24,000 bases of DNA from Actinomycetes bacterium (lineage in GTDB: Bacteria; Actinomycetota; Acidimicrobiia; Acidimicrobiales; Acidimicrobilacustridaceae). Position numbers and translations under genes: made by a program. The stretch is from positions 58,909-82,908 of the forward strand of contig JBAXIB010000016.1 in assembly GCA_037138595.1 (NCBI GenBank). The letters run 5' to 3'. Position 1 is the stretch's first letter, and each line of letters starts with the position of its first letter. The notes beneath the pieces are model-generated. The model saw only the letters and a list, made by a program, of their open reading frames with translations, was not told the origin of the DNA and ran no database searches. Positions 22,249 through 24,000 of this stretch are shown here, in pieces.

Positions 22249-24000
22249 TTAGCCCGCAAATTCCCGAACAATGCCAACCGTAGAACCCGCGCCAATTACC
22301 CAGCGACCAGTGATCGGTTTATCGGCGACATCGCCGAATGCGAATGAGTAATCAGCGGTGCCCTTGGTCACGCTGTTCACCAAATACCAGATGTTTCCGC
22401 GTTTGACCCCTGGGGTGTCAATGCCGTCGTTGTTCCAATCTCCGATGACTGCAACGTCAGTTGGACTTCCATAACCGAACACCAAGTCAGCTGAAATTTT
22501 TCCAATCGAATTTGCGAGGTACCAGGTTCCGCGACGCACGATCCCTGGCGTGTCGGTCCCATCGCCGTTCCAGTCGCCGACCACCGGCACATCGGCTGAA
22601 TCGCCGTAGCCAAACGCAAGTTCTGCAGTTGGACTTCCCAAGGTATTGGTCAAATACCATCTACCCGCCCGAACGATTCCCGGGGTATCAATTCGATCGC
22701 CGTTCCAGTCGCCGCAAACGGGAATATCAGAACCATTTCCGAACGCGAAGATCCGCGTTGCTGGTCCACCAGAGGTGGAATCGGTCACGTACCAGATCCC
22801 GTTCACGACTTTGGTCGGAGTCTGGGAACCATTTCCGTCGATATCACACATCAGGGTACGGCCGCCGGAAGGAACGACGAAGTGGTAACTAACGTCAGCC
22901 ACACCGCCTGTTTGAGAATTGCGCAGATACACACCGGTATAAGCAACGCACGCTCCGCGGTAGGTACTCAGATCACACAGGCTGTCGCCCTGCGTCCATG
23001 ACAACGCGGTGCGTGCATTCGCAGTCACTGGCTTCGAGGCGCTGATCGTGACGCCATATCCCGAGTCCTCGCGCAGCCAAACTCGATATTCGGTCGAACC
23101 ACTGATGAAGTTGTAATACGGAGCAGAAACCGGTGATGGCCCCCAAATCGGTATCCGCCACCCAACTGAACCCTCGGCAAGTGCGGGATCAACATAAGTG
23201 CATGTGACGGTGCCGAGTCCCGGCACCGTGCAGTTTCGGACAGTCGTGCCACCGCCGCGACTAACTGTTGGGTCGACATTCACATGCAGCGTCGTCGGAT
23301 CGTAAATCGCGTTATAGATCGTTTCGCAAACACCGCTGTTGCAACCAAACCACATACCCCATACTGAGGCTCGACGCTCAGCGTCCGTTCCCGTCGATGT
23401 ACACCATCGCGAGGCAATTGTGGTTGCCGCTTGCTGTGCCGCGGAGTCGGTGCTCATCGCTTGCGCACCGCTGAGCTTCCAACCGCCAGCCGAATCAAAT
23501 GCCCATGCACCAACGCCAGGATGCCAAAAGGCTTTCGGGTACACCGTCGACTTGGATCCAAATGCATACAGACCCGCGCTGGTGTCGTACCGAGACAAAG
23601 TCATCGGCGAAGGCGCGGCGAGACCAGATGCCCCAGTCTCGGGATAGGTCGGTGCCAACATGATCGACGCAAGCTGGTTTGTAGTGAGGCCACAAGCGGA
23701 ACCTGAACGCTGATTTGCCCAATACAGCGTGTCGTCAAGAGGGCCTTTGCCAAAGGTGTACACCGCGGCCTCAGGCACATTTAGCGAACGAGCTGCAAGC
23801 GAGCCGGTCACAGACGATTGAGTCCCCGGCACCCACGAAGTACCGCCGGTCCAATCGTCAGGTGCGACTTGGGGTGTGCTCGGCGCTGCTCCCGATGCTG
23901 TCGGCGACATACCGACCACCAGCGCGCTCAACGTCATGCATAACGCCATTGACACGACACGGGCACGCCACGTCGTAATTCGGCGGAGCGGGGAAGTCAT
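22249..24000 (-). CDS. Secreted Cys-rich protein of unknown function: a ~320-aa N-terminal region with no motif I can assign, followed by five FG-GAP-like repeats
   Basis: The 583-aa ORF has its ATG exactly at the window edge. A signal-peptide-like N-terminus (MTSPLRRITTWRARVVSMALCMTLSALVVGMSPTASG/AAPS) argues that this is the true start, but an upstream extension cannot be excluded. The C-terminal ~227 aa are collinear with the GH25 protein's C-terminus. Confidence 0.75.
   Translation of the reverse strand: MTSPLRRITTWRARVVSMALCMTLSALVVGMSPTASGAAPSTPQVAPDDWTGGTSWVPGTQSSVTGSLAARSLNVPEAAVYTFGKGPLDDTLYWANQRSGSACGLTTNQLASIMLAPTYPETGASGLAAPSPMTLSRYDTSAGLYAFGSKSTVYPKAFWHPGVGAWAFDSAGGWKLSGAQAMSTDSAAQQAATTIASRWCTSTGTDAERRASVWGMWFGCNSGVCETIYNAIYDPTTLHVNVDPTVSRGGGTTVRNCTVPGLGTVTCTYVDPALAEGSVGWRIPIWGPSPVSAPYYNFISGSTEYRVWLREDSGYGVTISASKPVTANARTALSWTQGDSLCDLSTYRGACVAYTGVYLRNSQTGGVADVSYHFVVPSGGRTLMCDIDGNGSQTPTKVVNGIWYVTDSTSGGPATRIFAFGNGSDIPVCGDWNGDRIDTPGIVRAGRWYLTNTLGSPTAELAFGYGDSADVPVVGDWNGDGTDTPGIVRRGTWYLANSIGKISADLVFGYGSPTDVAVIGDWNNDGIDTPGVKRGNIWYLVNSVTKGTADYSFAFGDVADKPITGRWVIGAGSTVGIVREFAG
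22252..22932 (-). repeat. Coding tandem repeat: five 45-aa units paralogous to 21537..22223
   Basis: The anchor motifs CDIDGNG, GDWNGDR, GDWNGDG, GDWNNDG and GRWVIGA start at residues 385, 430, 475, 520 and 565, an exact 45-aa period. The lead-in VYLRNSQTGGVADVSYHFVVPSGGRTLMCD parallels IYLRNSTTTGVANTDYVFSASAGGTLLMCD in the GH25 protein. Confidence 0.85.

Noticed and set aside
21537-22932. Periodic 135-nt repeats and a large inverted symmetry, considered as a possible CRISPR array, satellite, invertible DNA switch or mobile-element terminal repeats
   Set aside because: The periodicity is in-frame coding repeats of two long ORFs. The units are diverged rather than identical, with no spacer/repeat alternation. 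The two arms are similar mainly at the protein level. No recombinase, transposase or target-site duplication is present.
1-24000. Whole-window search for defence systems, toxin-antitoxin pairs, prophage or integrative elements, and RNA genes
   Set aside because: Every long ORF has a coherent envelope-glycan or wall-enzyme assignment, and no nuclease, ATPase-of-defence, integrase or tRNA-like sequence was recognised. The novelty here appears to lie in glycan-assembly and wall-targeting components rather than in a separate hidden system.

Overview
The window looks like moderately high-GC, Actinomycetota-type chromosomal DNA. This is an inference from codon bias, frequent GTG/TTG starts and the DUF2142/DUF2304/long-form RmlA content. 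It is almost entirely coding: 20 CDS with very short or overlapping junctions. I saw no rRNA, tRNA, CRISPR array, transposase, integrase or recognisable defence or toxin genes.

Nearly all of it is one cell-envelope glycopolymer locus arranged in alternating convergent and divergent blocks:
1. A truncated GT2-like gene, wzt and wzm (minus strand). This is an ABC-2 exporter whose ATPase carries a Wzt-type C-terminal glycan-binding extension.
2. A two-module GT-B glycosyltransferase coupled by an ATGA overlap to a methyltransferase (plus strand), converging on a second methyltransferase.
3. A polyprenyl-phosphate GT2, a DUF2304 small membrane protein and a large DUF2142/GT-C membrane protein (minus strand, start/stop-coupled).
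4. A GT2 followed by a third methyltransferase (plus strand).
5. rmlB, rmlD, a GT2 and a Wzx/MOP-type flippase (minus strand).
6. A second DUF2142/GT-C gene (plus strand).
7. rmlA and rmlC (minus strand).
8. Two convergent secreted proteins: a GH25 muramidase and a Cys-rich protein of unknown function. Both end in the same ~230-aa array of five ~45-aa FG-GAP-like repeats.

My reading is an ABC-transporter-dependent, probably O-methylated, rhamnose-containing wall polysaccharide with extracytoplasmic side-chain decoration. This resembles the streptococcal GacI/J/K/L logic. Next to it sit wall enzymes carrying what may be a dedicated polymer-binding module.

Most worth a second look:
- the shared repeat module and the unknown catalytic-sized domain attached to it
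- the GacIJKL-like module in an actinobacterial context
- the cap-reading Wzt together with split 'WbdD-like' features
- a GT2 homologue in which all three acidic signature positions are substituted

No initiating phosphoglycosyltransferase, LCP-type ligase or regulator is visible in the window. All family assignments are from motif recognition by eye; no database search was run.
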